A stretch of DNA of 41,971 nucleotides from a bacterium (GTDB lineage: Bacteria > CALINM01): contig JBEQAF010000003.1 in NCBI GenBank assembly GCA_041640455.1, forward strand, positions 1-41,971. Reading direction: 5' to 3'. The notes beneath the pieces are model-generated. The model was not told where the DNA came from, did no database searches, and worked only from the letters and a program-made list of their open reading frames with translations. Positions 1-9,867 of the stretch are shown piece by piece; positions within the stretch are counted from its first letter, which is position 1, and the number at the start of each line of letters is the position of its first letter. Made by a program: the position numbers and the translations under genes.

Positions 1-1760
1 TACATATGTGCTGATGAAAAGCGTAACAAAATACTTCAAAACATTTTTTGTTAATAATCTCTTCCCTCGACATCTCCAGAATCTCTGCGTATTTTCTGTT
101 AGCAGATAAAATATTCAGATCTTCATCAAGAATGGCAAGCCCTTCTCCCATGCTTTCAAATACACCCATCAACAGCTCATCTATCTTTTGTTTTTCTTCA
201 TTTACTCTGATGCTTTTTATGGCAAAACCAAGATCCAGAGCAAGCTCTTTTAGAAGCTCCACATCCACGTCTATGAAAATATTTTTTGAGTTTGATACAA
301 CTGCCAGTATGCCGTGTAGAGATTCACCAACATAAACAGGCAGTAAACAGTATGAATCAAATCCATAATTTAACAACTTCTCCTCAAAAGGATCATCAGG
401 TTTTAATAGCTCATTTTTATAAAATGGTTCAGCTTTTTCAAATCTTTTTATCAGGGATACCTTGACCAGCTGATCATTTATTACAGATTCAAAATCCTTA
501 GCTGTTTCGGCACTACATCCATAATAACATGCTATCTTAAAGCCTTCCTTCTCTTTATCTTTTTCTGCTATAAAGCTTATCTTATATCCGCCAGTCTCAA
601 TTATATCCCTCGCTATATCTCTTTGAAGTATCTCCACATCACCGCATCGGATAATTTTCTTATTAGCATCTGAAAGTAGCTTATATAGTCTGCTAAGCTT
701 ATTAACTTCCAGCTCATAACGATAGATATTATCAGCCATCTGATTGAATGTGGAGAAAACATTATTAAACTCGTCTTTAACCTCATCTGTGTTAAACCGA
801 AACCTAATACACCCTTTTCCAAAACTGTTTATCCCTGATAGCAAAAGATCGAATCTCTTATTTATGGACTTTGAAAGTCTGAAAGTAATAAAGAAAGACA
901 GTCCAAAAAGTACCAATACCTGGAGGAAATTGTTTCTCAATCTATCAGAAATACCGCTCAGTATAGCATCCTCATTTGTTTCAATAATCACCTTCCATCC
1001 AAATTTTTCAAAAGTATCAAAAACCACCAGACTCTTTGCAACATGTTCATTTTTATATAAATAGCCCGTATCTTTAAGAAAGATATTTTTAAAGACACCA
1101 TCTTTATCGATACTAATGCCAACAGCTTCAGAATTTTTATAGTTAAACATTATCTGACCCGCATCATTAACTATAATAACATTGGTATCTCTGGACAGTT
1201 TATAGCTGTCTATTAGCTCTTCAGATATTTTGGTTAGATTTACAGGTATACCTAAAACGGCTATCTGCTTCCCCCCTGATGATACAGGATGGGTAATCAT
1301 AAAGGTATGGACGTTAAAAAGCTTTGAGATATGGGGCGGATTAATAACAATTTCGCCTCGCATACCTTTCACAAACCAGTCTTTGTCAAGATAGTTAAGG
1401 CTGTGAGCCTTTTCTGGATTTATTGCTGAGCCTATATTATTACCGTTTACATCAGCCAGAAGTATATTTAAACAGAACTGACAGGTAGTTATTACCCTGG
1501 CAAAAAGTCTATCACAATCTTTAATTTTTTTTCCTATCACTGCATTGTGTTCGCTAAGGGAGGTTAAAATAGAGATAATGTTGTTAAGCGATACCTCAAC
1601 CTTATTCTTAATTCCCTTAGCTATATGTTGGTGAGATTGTATTGCCTCTTCTCTAATCTGTTTTTTAATGTCAAGATAAAAGTGGACAAAGCTCAGAAAG
1701 ATGGGTAGATAAATAATCAGGATTAAAAAAATCAGTTTACATCTGATTTTACATTGCATC
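1..1760 (-). CDS. Membrane sensor protein, N-terminal ~586 codons (TM / Cache-like / TM / HAMP / GAF-like / start of PAS); C-terminal output domains lie beyond the window start
   Basis: Absent from the ORF track because no stop falls inside the window. I checked every minus-strand codon (plus-strand triplets starting at 2,5,8...) and found no stop from 2 to 1771. The translation shows KLIFLILIIYLPIFLSFVHFY (TM1), DWFVKG...INPPHIS (Cache-like) and FLQVLVLFGLSFFITF (TM2). These are followed by HAMP-like FNNVFSTFNQMADNI, a GAF-like block, then PAS-like MGVFESMGEGLAILDEDLNILSAN. The 5' end is anomalous (see finding). Confidence 0.6.
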
Positions 1761-1842
1761 TTTCTCTAATTTAGCAAATTTTATTCCATTTTAATTAAAA
1801 AATTATTAGGATTCAAATGCCTTTGTAAAATCAGACTGTTTG

Positions 1843-2781
1843 TTATTTCTGAACAGTACAGCAGATTCCGTTATTTTGACGGGAACATTCCTCTTCTATC
1901 TGAATGTTTATATGATCTACCCTGTAGTTTTCCTGCAACATTGCCTCAACCACATTAAGCAAATCCCTCGCCCTCTGAAGAGGCTTATCAATCACTATGT
2001 GCATACTCACATAAATATCTTTCCCGGACACACTCCATACGTGCACATCATGTACATCCTCCACATTATCAATTTTTTTAATCTCATCAATCATTTCAAT
2101 TATATCAAACTCATGAGGAGTTCCTTCAAAAAGTATATGAAGACTTTCTTTAATCAGTTTGAATGAGCTTATAAATAAATATACCGAAATGGTTATAGCG
2201 ATAAAAGGATCAATCCAGCGAAAACCAGTAAAATAGATTATAATGAGACCTATTATTACGCCAAATGAAGACATAGCATCTGCAATTACATGTAGAAAAG
2301 CGCCCTGAATATTTATGCTATCTTCTTTATGAGGCTTGAGAATAAAAGCCACAACAAGATTTGCCAAAAGCCCAATAGCTGATATGGTTATGGCAGAAAA
2401 TATTTTTATATCCTTGGGATTAAAGAACCGGTCAAAGGCTTCAAAGACTATAAATACTACCACTACAGTAAGCGAAGATCCATTTATCAGTCCCGATAGT
2501 ACCTCCATTCTTTTATAGCCATAGGTTCTCTTTAGATCCGCCTGCCTTTCTCCCTGGATCTTTGCTATCCAGCTAAGTCCTATTGCTAAAGCATCCGATG
2601 CCACGTGCCAGGCATCAGAAAGCAGAGATAGACTTTTTGAAAAATAGCCGCCAAAAAGCTCCAGAACAAATATAAAGATGGTAAAAACAAGAGAAAAAAA
2701 TAGAGCGCTTTTGGAATCAAAATTTATGTGACTATGGTGATGATCAGCTTGATGACCATGTTCACATTCTTTTTTTCCCAA
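1843..2781 (-). CDS. Cation diffusion facilitator (CzcD/ZitB-type) metal efflux transporter
   Basis: 312-aa ORF with a His-rich N-terminus (HGHQADHHHSH), multiple TM helices carrying HVASDA / HVIADA motifs, and a C-terminal cytoplasmic domain. Confidence 0.8.
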   Translation of the reverse strand: MGKKECEHGHQADHHHSHINFDSKSALFFSLVFTIFIFVLELFGGYFSKSLSLLSDAWHVASDALAIGLSWIAKIQGERQADLKRTYGYKRMEVLSGLINGSSLTVVVVFIVFEAFDRFFNPKDIKIFSAITISAIGLLANLVVAFILKPHKEDSINIQGAFLHVIADAMSSFGVIIGLIIIYFTGFRWIDPFIAITISVYLFISSFKLIKESLHILFEGTPHEFDIIEMIDEIKKIDNVEDVHDVHVWSVSGKDIYVSMHIVIDKPLQRARDLLNVVEAMLQENYRVDHINIQIEEECSRQNNGICCTVQK

Positions 2782-2782
2782 A

Positions 2783-3175
2783 TTATTTACCCTTCTTTTC
2801 CTTATAGTCTTTAATAGCTGCTTCTATAGCTTGCTGGGCTAAAACGGAGCAGTGGATCTTTGCAGGTGGCAGTCCACCTAAAGCCTCAGCAACTGTCTCA
2901 TTGGTAACCTTCAATGCCTCCTCTATGGTCTTACCTTTAATCATCTCAGTAACCATACTGCTTGATGCGATTGCAGCGCCACATCCAAAGGTCATAAACT
3001 TTGCATCTTCTATAATCCCCTGATCGTTTATTTTGAGATAAAGTCTCATAACATCTCCGCAGGAAGGATTTCCCACCTCTCCGATGCCGCTGGCATTTTC
3101 AATCTCACCCATATTTTTGGGATTTAAAAAATGCTCCATAACTTTCTGACTATAGGGTCCCTGACCATCTGCCAT
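2783..3175 (-). CDS. iscU: Fe-S cluster assembly scaffold, IscU/NifU N-terminal type
   Basis: 130 aa with the three scaffold cysteines in canonical contexts (PSCGDVM, FGCGAAIASSS, KIHCSVLA). It lies 17 nt downstream of the nifS-like gene. Confidence 0.85.
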   Translation of the reverse strand: MADGQGPYSQKVMEHFLNPKNMGEIENASGIGEVGNPSCGDVMRLYLKINDQGIIEDAKFMTFGCGAAIASSSMVTEMIKGKTIEEALKVTNETVAEALGGLPPAKIHCSVLAQQAIEAAIKDYKEKKGK

Positions 3176-3192
3176 AAAAACCTCCTTTTTTA

Positions 3193-4428
3193 TTATTTAT
3201 CTGCTTTTGTAAGCTTTGGTGTATGTCCTTTTATCCTGTCCAGATAAAAAGGCGACATCTGCCATAGTCTTTCAACGATCTTAGGCATAATCTCAAGTAT
3301 GTAATCAATATTCTCTTCTGTATTTTTCATCCCGAGAGAGAATGTGAGCGAACCAGTACATATATCTGATGGTACCCCAATTGCCTTGAGCACAGGTGAG
3401 GCAATAAGCTCATCTTCATCTTTTGCTCTCAGATTTGAACTACAGGCAGAACCACTACTTGCCATAACGCCCAGATGATTTAGCATTAAAAGAAGGGACT
3501 CTCCCTCTGCATACTCTACCCAGAAACTATAATGGTTGGGCAGTCTTTCTGTCCTGTGACCGGTCAGATGAACAAAATCTATATTCTTTTCGATACCGTC
3601 CATCAGCCTGTCTCTCAGCTTTGAAAGATAGCTTATTCGCTGAGACATTTCCTTTTTCGCAATCTCTGCGGCTTTTGCAAGACCGATAATAGCAGGCACA
3701 TTCTCTGTGCCAGATCTAACCCCTCCTTCCTGAAATCCGCCTTCAAGAATAGGTTTTAATAACACTCCTTTTCTAACATAAAGTGCGCCTACCCCTTTGG
3801 GTCCGTAAAGGCTCGTAGCAGAGATGGTTAGTAGATCTACTCCCAGATCCCTAACGTTAAAATTTATTAGCCCCGCAGCAGCACAGGCATCGCAGTGAAA
3901 GATTATATTTTCATTAAAATCCTTTGCTATCTTTACAAGACTTTTTATATTCTGAATGGTTCCGATCTCATTATTTGCCAGCTGAATGGAAATGATAGCT
4001 GTATCTGCTGAAAGAGCTTTTCTAAAAGCATCTTCAATAATAAAGCCGTTGTTATCCACAGGCACATAGGAAACTTTCACACCAAAATCTCTATGAAGGG
4101 TGGAAAGAGGCGATGTTATACTGAAATGCTCAATACTGGAGGTTATAATATGTTTACAGTTTTTAATGTTCTGAAAAAAAACACCTTTAAGTGCCAGATT
4201 GTTGGACTCAGTAGCTCCTGAGGTAAACACAATCTCAAAACTCTCACATCCAAGAAACTCTGCAACGGTTTTCCTGCTTTCATCGAGAGCTGTTAAAGCC
4301 TCGTTACCCTTTGAGATAATGTGTGAAGAGGGATTGCCATATTTCTCCATGAAGTATGGTTTCATAGCCTCAAATACCCGCTCATCAACAGGACAGGCAT
4401 TGGCATAATCTACAAAAATCTGTTTCAT
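3193..4428 (-). CDS. IscS/NifS-family cysteine desulfurase homolog lacking the canonical PLP-binding lysine
   Basis: 411 aa with class V aminotransferase-fold motifs (TSSIEH, HCDA, GPKGVGALYV, RSGTEN) and the active-site loop SSGSACSS. The position equivalent to E. coli IscS GHK206 reads SATS (codons at 3811-3822). Confidence 0.8.
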   Translation of the reverse strand: MKQIFVDYANACPVDERVFEAMKPYFMEKYGNPSSHIISKGNEALTALDESRKTVAEFLGCESFEIVFTSGATESNNLALKGVFFQNIKNCKHIITSSIEHFSITSPLSTLHRDFGVKVSYVPVDNNGFIIEDAFRKALSADTAIISIQLANNEIGTIQNIKSLVKIAKDFNENIIFHCDACAAAGLINFNVRDLGVDLLTISATSLYGPKGVGALYVRKGVLLKPILEGGFQEGGVRSGTENVPAIIGLAKAAEIAKKEMSQRISYLSKLRDRLMDGIEKNIDFVHLTGHRTERLPNHYSFWVEYAEGESLLLMLNHLGVMASSGSACSSNLRAKDEDELIASPVLKAIGVPSDICTGSLTFSLGMKNTEENIDYILEIMPKIVERLWQMSPFYLDRIKGHTPKLTKADK

Positions 4429-4500
4429 ATCTGCTCCATAAGTAATCCCTTGAGGGAGATTTTAAAAATCCGAACTATATGGTTTATAGAAAAAATTATA

Positions 4501-5235
4501 TCATAAACCTGTTGCTTTTTTAAGCTGACTAACCTCTTTTTCTGTTAGATATCTAAAGCTGCCAATAGGTAGCTTGCCAAGTTTTAAAGGACCAATTGCC
4601 ACCCGCTTCAGCTTCATTACCGGATGTCCTATCCTCATAAACATTCTTCTAATCTGCTGTCTCTTACCTTCCTTTAATATTACGCTGAGCCAGCAGTTTT
4701 CTTTTGTCTTTTTTATAAATGAGATCTGACATGGCAGGGTTTTCCCCTCCTCAAGATAAATCCCCTTTCTTAGCTTATCAAGCTTTTCCTCATCGGGGAC
4801 ATCCTTTACCTTTACCTCATAAACCTTATCTACTTTATGTTTAGGATGGGTAAGCCTCAGGGCAAGCTCACCATCATTGGTAAGAAGTATAAGCCCCTCT
4901 GAATGATAGTCAAGCCTGCCAACGGGAAAAACCCTTTCTTTAACCTTACTGCCTATTATATCATAAATGGTCTGTCTCCCCTCTGGGTCGCTGGTGGTAC
5001 ACATAACCATTTTAGGCTTGTTAAAGGCTATATATACAAGATTTTCTGGCTTTTTTATCAGCTTACCATTTACTTTTATGGCATCTTCCAAAGGATCTGC
5101 CTTAAAGCCAAGCTCTGTAATAAGCTTTCCGTTGACCGTAACACAGCCTTCCTGTATAAGTTTTTCAGCCTCTCTTCTGGAGGCTATACCTGCATCAGCT
5201 ATTATCTTCTGTAGTCTTATTTTCGTCATATTCAT
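4501..5235 (-). CDS. rluB: 23S rRNA pseudouridine synthase, RsuA/RluB family
   Basis: N-terminal S4 domain (RLQKIIADAGIASRREAEKLI) and catalytic GRLDYHSEGL motif. It follows scpA-scpB, which is a conserved arrangement. Confidence 0.8.
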   Translation of the reverse strand: MNMTKIRLQKIIADAGIASRREAEKLIQEGCVTVNGKLITELGFKADPLEDAIKVNGKLIKKPENLVYIAFNKPKMVMCTTSDPEGRQTIYDIIGSKVKERVFPVGRLDYHSEGLILLTNDGELALRLTHPKHKVDKVYEVKVKDVPDEEKLDKLRKGIYLEEGKTLPCQISFIKKTKENCWLSVILKEGKRQQIRRMFMRIGHPVMKLKRVAIGPLKLGKLPIGSFRYLTEKEVSQLKKATGL

Positions 5236-5794
5236 CCCCTATTAACTGTGGCTGTAATGCCCTTTCTTTTTCCATCTCTTTAATCTCTCTCAGATTTGGC
5301 AGGTCTGTAAGACTTTTAAGTCCGAAGGCTACCAGAAACTCCTTTGTAGTTCCATAAACATGGGGTCTTCCGGGTACGTCTTTTCTCCCTACAATCTTTA
5401 TGAGCTTTTTATCAAGTAGATTTCTTATTGCATTACCAGAATCAACACCTCTTAAATGCTCTATCTCTGCCCTTGTAACAGGCTGTTTGAAGGCAATAAT
5501 TGATAGGGTCTCCATTACAGCCTTCGAGAGCTGGGATTCCCTTCCTAAAACTATCTTTTTCAGCTGAGGCGCAAATCTAAGTTTAGTTCTGAAAAAAAAA
5601 CCCTCAGCGAGCTCGGCTATCTCAATCCCTCTGCTATCATTGCCTCTATAATATTCCATTAGAAAATCCAGAACCTCAGCCACTACCTCCTTTTCTTCAT
5701 TGAGATAACCAGCTATCTTTTCAACTGTAATCGGCTTTTCGGAAGCAAAAATTATGGCTTCTATAAGAGGTATTAAATTCTTTCTACTCTCCAT
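5195..5794 (-). CDS. scpB: Segregation and condensation protein B
   Basis: 199 aa with ScpB-like winged-helix repeats (IEAIIFASEKPITVEKIA ... AFKQPVTRAEIEHLRGV). It overlaps the end of scpA. Confidence 0.85.
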   Translation of the reverse strand: MESRKNLIPLIEAIIFASEKPITVEKIAGYLNEEKEVVAEVLDFLMEYYRGNDSRGIEIAELAEGFFFRTKLRFAPQLKKIVLGRESQLSKAVMETLSIIAFKQPVTRAEIEHLRGVDSGNAIRNLLDKKLIKIVGRKDVPGRPHVYGTTKEFLVAFGLKSLTDLPNLREIKEMEKERALQPQLIGDEYDENKTTEDNS

Positions 5795-6518
5795 CTACTC
5801 TTTCCTCAACCCTTAGTATTATCTCTATATCTTCAAACTGCTTCATCTGTCTTAAATAAATCATTCTCAGCTTTGCAAGCTCAAGGACAGAAAGAAAAAA
5901 TACTATCAGCTCCAGCCTGTTTTTTAAAGCCGAGCCATAGGTGAAAAAGCTTGTCCTGTGCTCACTTTTAAGATGTTCCATAAGCTCATTCATTTTATCA
6001 ACCACAGAGAGATTTTCCAGCTTAACAGTAAGGTAGCTCTCATCGGGAAGTTTTTTTACAAGATCATAAAAAGCCTTAACCAGAAGATAGGGATCAAACT
6101 CTTCTTCATATACATCAAATTTAAACTCTGTATATCCTCTCGGAAAAAAATTTTCATAAAGTCTATCTTTCTTTTCCAGCAGGCTAACCATCTCCTTGAT
6201 CCTCTGATACTCAACAAGCTTTTCAACCAGCGGTTTTCTTGGATCTTCTTCCTTTTCAATCTCTCCTATTTCACTCTCAATCTCTACCTTTTTTGGCAGA
6301 AGCATTCTGGACTTTATATACACAAGCGTAGCCGCCATGAGCAGAAATTCGCTGGCAATATAAATATTAAGCTCCTTCATTTTCTCAAGATATTCAAGAT
6401 ACTGTTCGGTAATCTTCACTATAGGTATATCGTAGATATCGACTTTTTCTTTTTTAATAAGATGAAGCAGCAGGTCTAAGGGACCCTCAAAGCTTTCAAG
6501 CTTTACGCTTATACTCAT
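5784..6518 (-). CDS. scpA: Segregation and condensation protein A (kleisin)
   Basis: 244 aa with the N-terminal FEGPLDLLLHLIKKEKVDIYDIPI signature of ScpA. It is adjacent to scpB. Confidence 0.85.
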   Translation of the reverse strand: MSISVKLESFEGPLDLLLHLIKKEKVDIYDIPIVKITEQYLEYLEKMKELNIYIASEFLLMAATLVYIKSRMLLPKKVEIESEIGEIEKEEDPRKPLVEKLVEYQRIKEMVSLLEKKDRLYENFFPRGYTEFKFDVYEEEFDPYLLVKAFYDLVKKLPDESYLTVKLENLSVVDKMNELMEHLKSEHRTSFFTYGSALKNRLELIVFFLSVLELAKLRMIYLRQMKQFEDIEIILRVEERVDGE

Positions 6519-7498
6519 AGGCAGATAGCATCTCGAACCTCTTCCATAACAGAGGCGGCAAAGGATTTTGCCTGAATGTTACCCTCCCTGATAATCTCTC
6601 TTACCTTTTCTGGATTGTTCTCATAATAGGTTCTTTTTTCCCAGTAGCTGTCAATTTCTGGCTTCATATTGGCAAGAAGTATTTTTTTACAGTCTCTGCA
6701 TCCAAACAGGGCATTTTTGCAGTTATGAATAATCTCTGCCCTTTGCTCTTCGGTTGTATAAATCTTGTGAAATAAAAATAGCGGGCATAGATCGGGATCT
6801 CCCTTGTCGGTCTTTCTCACTCTTTGAGGATCTGTCATCATGGTAAGTATTTTATTCTCAATAACCTCAGGCTTGTCTGAAAGATAGATAGAGTTGTTGT
6901 AGCTTTTACTCATCTTTCTGCCGTCAGTGCCCAACAGCTTGGGAATATCGGTCAGTAAAGGTTCCGGGATAGGAAAGACCTCTCTGTTAAAAATATGATT
7001 AAATCTCCTTGCAATCTCTCTGGTAAGCTCCACATGTGGCACCTGATCAATCCCTACAGGCACATATTTTGCCTTATAAATAAGTATGTCTGCTGCCTGA
7101 AGTACCGGGTAGCCCAGAAACCCTATGGTGCTCAGATCTTTGTTTTTAATCTCCTGGAGCTGTTCCTTGTAAGTGGGGTTACGTTCAAGCCATGATAGAG
7201 GGGTAATCATCTCAAAAATCAGATTCAACTCTGCATGCTCTATCACCTTTGACTGGACAAATATGGTAGCTTTATCGGGATCAATCCCTACAGAGAGCCA
7301 GTCTATAATATTGTCAAAAATGTATTCTTTTAAAGGAGCCACATTTTCATACTCGCTTGTTAAAGCATGCCAATCTGCAGAAAAGAAAAAACATTTATAC
7401 TCATCCTGAAGCCTTATCCAGTTCTTAAGAACACCATGAAGATGACCGAAATGAAGCTTTCCAGTGGGTCTCATCCCGCTTAAAACCCTCTCTGTCAT
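6515..7498 (-). CDS. trpS: Tryptophan--tRNA ligase
   Basis: 327 aa class I aaRS with a HIGH-like GKLHFGHLHG and a KMSKS motif. Overall TrpS-like sequence (GYPVLQAADIL). Confidence 0.9.
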   Translation of the reverse strand: MTERVLSGMRPTGKLHFGHLHGVLKNWIRLQDEYKCFFFSADWHALTSEYENVAPLKEYIFDNIIDWLSVGIDPDKATIFVQSKVIEHAELNLIFEMITPLSWLERNPTYKEQLQEIKNKDLSTIGFLGYPVLQAADILIYKAKYVPVGIDQVPHVELTREIARRFNHIFNREVFPIPEPLLTDIPKLLGTDGRKMSKSYNNSIYLSDKPEVIENKILTMMTDPQRVRKTDKGDPDLCPLFLFHKIYTTEEQRAEIIHNCKNALFGCRDCKKILLANMKPEIDSYWEKRTYYENNPEKVREIIREGNIQAKSFAASVMEEVRDAICL

Positions 7499-8136
7499 AA
7501 AAACATACCTCCCAGAAACAGTATAAGAAGCTTAAACAAAAAACCCACGTATATGTCAAAAACTCTTGTCATAATAAGTAGCATGATTATCAAAAAGCCG
7601 TAAGGCTGTATCCTATCATATAGATTTCTTAAAGAAGAGGGGAGAAAGAAATATAACACCTTGCTTCCATCAAGCGGGGGGACAGGAAGAAGATTAAAGG
7701 CAAATAAAGCAAAATTTAGAAAAAAGCTTGCCTTAAGCACCCTGGCAAAAAAATCCTGATTTACCGTCATCCCGCCCTGAGAGATCTCTTTATAAAGAAA
7801 AAATGAGATAATGCAGATTGCCAGATTTGAAATAGGTCCTGCTACTGATGACAGAGCCATATCTCTTATGGGCTTTTTAAAATACACGGGGTTTACCGGT
7901 ACCGGCTTTGCCCATGCAATAACAAATGGCGATTTTATTAGAAATAGGAGCATTGGTAAAAGCACCGTGCCAAAAAGGTCAATATGATGGAAAGGATTAA
8001 GAGTCAGCCTTCCCATCAGTTTGGCTGTTGGATCCCCCAGTCTGAATGCCACATATCCGTGAAAAAACTCATGGACAGTTATGGCAAGCAGAACGGGAAA
8101 GGCATAGACCGATATGTTTAATAGCAGATCTTCCAT
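7495..8136 (-). CDS. Site-2 protease family (peptidase M50) membrane metalloprotease
   Basis: 213 aa polytopic protein with HEFFHG (HExxH) and a second NLLPVPPLDG motif. Confidence 0.8.
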   Translation of the reverse strand: MEDLLLNISVYAFPVLLAITVHEFFHGYVAFRLGDPTAKLMGRLTLNPFHHIDLFGTVLLPMLLFLIKSPFVIAWAKPVPVNPVYFKKPIRDMALSSVAGPISNLAICIISFFLYKEISQGGMTVNQDFFARVLKASFFLNFALFAFNLLPVPPLDGSKVLYFFLPSSLRNLYDRIQPYGFLIIMLLIMTRVFDIYVGFLFKLLILFLGGMFL

Positions 8137-8273
8137 AGAGACTAATATTTTAATGATTTTTCAAAATAAAAGCAATTACAGAAGAATGAATAAAACAATA
8201 AAGTTATTTCATAAGATACTGATTTAAAATAATAAACAGAGTATTAGCAGGAGCTTTAAAAAACCGTTTTTTC

Positions 8274-8302
8274 TTGATTTAATATGAAAACAGCTATATT
8301 AT
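8274..8302 (+). promoter_or_regulatory. Putative sigma-70 promoter (TTGATT-N17-TATTAT) for the AMP-binding ligase gene
   Basis: -35 at 8274-8279 and -10 at 8297-8302, 36 nt upstream of the ATG at 8338, in a 200-bp divergent intergenic region. Confidence 0.35.
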
Positions 8303-8337
8303 TATGAAACTTAAAAATGATTTAAACAAAGGATTTT

Positions 8338-9855
8338 ATGTACCTGCTGCACCATAACTTTATTAAAATTGCAAAAAAATTTTCCCAAAAGGTTGCTATA
8401 AAAGATAAAGCCACAGGAAAGGATATTACATACGGAAGGGCTCTGATTGCTACGCTTATATTATCCAGCAGGTTTAGAAAACTTGCCGATGGATTCCTTG
8501 GCATAATGCTCCCCACCTCAGGCGGCTGTACTCTGGCAATTCTTGCATCGCTTATGAGTGGTAAAACTCCTGTTATGATTAACTATTCTATAGGTGCTGA
8601 AAATAATGTGAGGTTTGCCCAGAATAAATGTAATTTTAAAACCGTTATTACCACAAGAGCGCTTCTTGAAAAGATCAACTGCCCCTTTCTGGATGGTATG
8701 ATCTTTCTTGAAGATATTGTTAACAGCGTGTCAACCACAGAAAGGCTTATGGCGGCTATGAGTTCAAAACTGCCCACCCCCCTTTTAATCAAAAAGGTTC
8801 ACAAAGGAGACCTTGATGATACGGCGGTAATACTATTTACCAGCGGCAGTGAAAAGGAGCCAAAAGCGGTTCAGCTTACCCACAAAAATATATCTTCCAA
8901 TATTTTAAGCTTTATTAAAACCTTTCCTCTGAATGAGGAAGATATAATGCTTGCCAACCTACCATTTTTTCACGTCTTCGGGTTGACCGTAAACCTCTGG
9001 ACACCTTTGCATTTTGGTATGACCATAGTTACCTACCCTAATCCGATAGATTATAAAACGGTTGTAAACATTATAAGAGCTGAAAAGCCCACCCTGCTTG
9101 TGGGCACACCATCCTTTCTTTCTGGCTACCTGAGAGTCTCCTCTTCAGGAGATTTTAGTTCTCTTAGATATGTAATAAGCGGCGCTGATAAATGCCCCGA
9201 TACTCTAAGAGAGGGCTTTCTAATAAAACACAATCTGGTAGTTTATGAAGGTTATGGAACAACCGAAACCTCTCCGGTAATCTCTGTTAACACACCTTCT
9301 CATAATAAGCCTGGAAGCATAGGAAGACCTATTCCTGATGTTCAGGTTAAGATAGAAAATTATGATTCTGGAGAGCTTTGCAAGCCCAATGAGATAGGGA
9401 AAATACTGGTTAAGGGAGACCTTGTGATGAAAGGTTACTTTGACGATATGGAGCAGACCTCATTAAGAATTCGTGGCGGCTGGTATGACACAGGAGACAT
9501 GGGCTATATGGATGAGGAAGGATTTCTCTGGCATGCAGGCAGGCTTATGAGATTTGTTAAAATAGGGGGAGAGATGGTATCTCTGGTAAGGGTGGAGAAT
9601 GTACTGGAAAAATATCTACCGCCAGATGTGGAGTGCTGTGTAGTTGAACTACCCGATAGCCTTAAAGGTGCCAGAATAATTGCAACTGTCACAAAAACTG
9701 TGAATGATAAAGAAATTATTAAAAGCATGTCAGCTGAACTGCCTAACATTGCCATTCCCAAACAGTTTTTAGTTATTGAAGAGCTGCCCAAGATGGGTAG
9801 CGGGAAGATCGATTTTAGAAAAACCACTGAGCTGGTTAAAGCTATGTTAGGTTAA
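8338..9855 (+). CDS. AMP-dependent synthetase/ligase (acyl-CoA or acyl-ACP synthetase family)
   Basis: 505 aa with adenylate-forming motifs FTSGSEKEPKAV, YGTTETSP, DTGDMGY and PKMGSGKIDFRK. Confidence 0.8.
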   Translation: MYLLHHNFIKIAKKFSQKVAIKDKATGKDITYGRALIATLILSSRFRKLADGFLGIMLPTSGGCTLAILASLMSGKTPVMINYSIGAENNVRFAQNKCNFKTVITTRALLEKINCPFLDGMIFLEDIVNSVSTTERLMAAMSSKLPTPLLIKKVHKGDLDDTAVILFTSGSEKEPKAVQLTHKNISSNILSFIKTFPLNEEDIMLANLPFFHVFGLTVNLWTPLHFGMTIVTYPNPIDYKTVVNIIRAEKPTLLVGTPSFLSGYLRVSSSGDFSSLRYVISGADKCPDTLREGFLIKHNLVVYEGYGTTETSPVISVNTPSHNKPGSIGRPIPDVQVKIENYDSGELCKPNEIGKILVKGDLVMKGYFDDMEQTSLRIRGGWYDTGDMGYMDEEGFLWHAGRLMRFVKIGGEMVSLVRVENVLEKYLPPDVECCVVELPDSLKGARIIATVTKTVNDKEIIKSMSAELPNIAIPKQFLVIEELPKMGSGKIDFRKTTELVKAMLG

Positions 9856-9867
9856 TCTGATAAAAAG

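Noticed and set aside
48-1064. Track ORFs 48-335 (+), 613-822 (-) and 744-1064 (+)
   Set aside because: All lie inside the long minus-strand sensor reading frame. They have low-complexity, Ser/Leu/Ile-rich translations typical of shadow frames in AT-rich DNA.
1758-1760. ATG taken as the straightforward start of the sensor gene
   Set aside because: Re-reading the bases shows that it is one nucleotide out of frame with the long ORF and hits TAA after 7 codons. It is reported as a finding instead.
4429-4500. Promoter or operator upstream of the nifS-like gene (TGATATAAT overlapping the rluB stop; small dyad TCCCTCAAGGGA)
   Set aside because: The -10 match is plausible but there is no supporting -35 element. 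The dyad does not resemble known IscR/Rrf2 sites. The evidence is insufficient for a feature call.
5958-6479. 173-aa plus-strand ORF, together with similar long antisense ORFs at 4903-5214, 9852-10160, 13505-14173, 21389-21724, 24762-25223, 33338-33574 and 35833-36279
   Set aside because: Each is fully embedded antisense or out of frame within a confidently identified gene and has a low-complexity composition. These are shadow ORFs.
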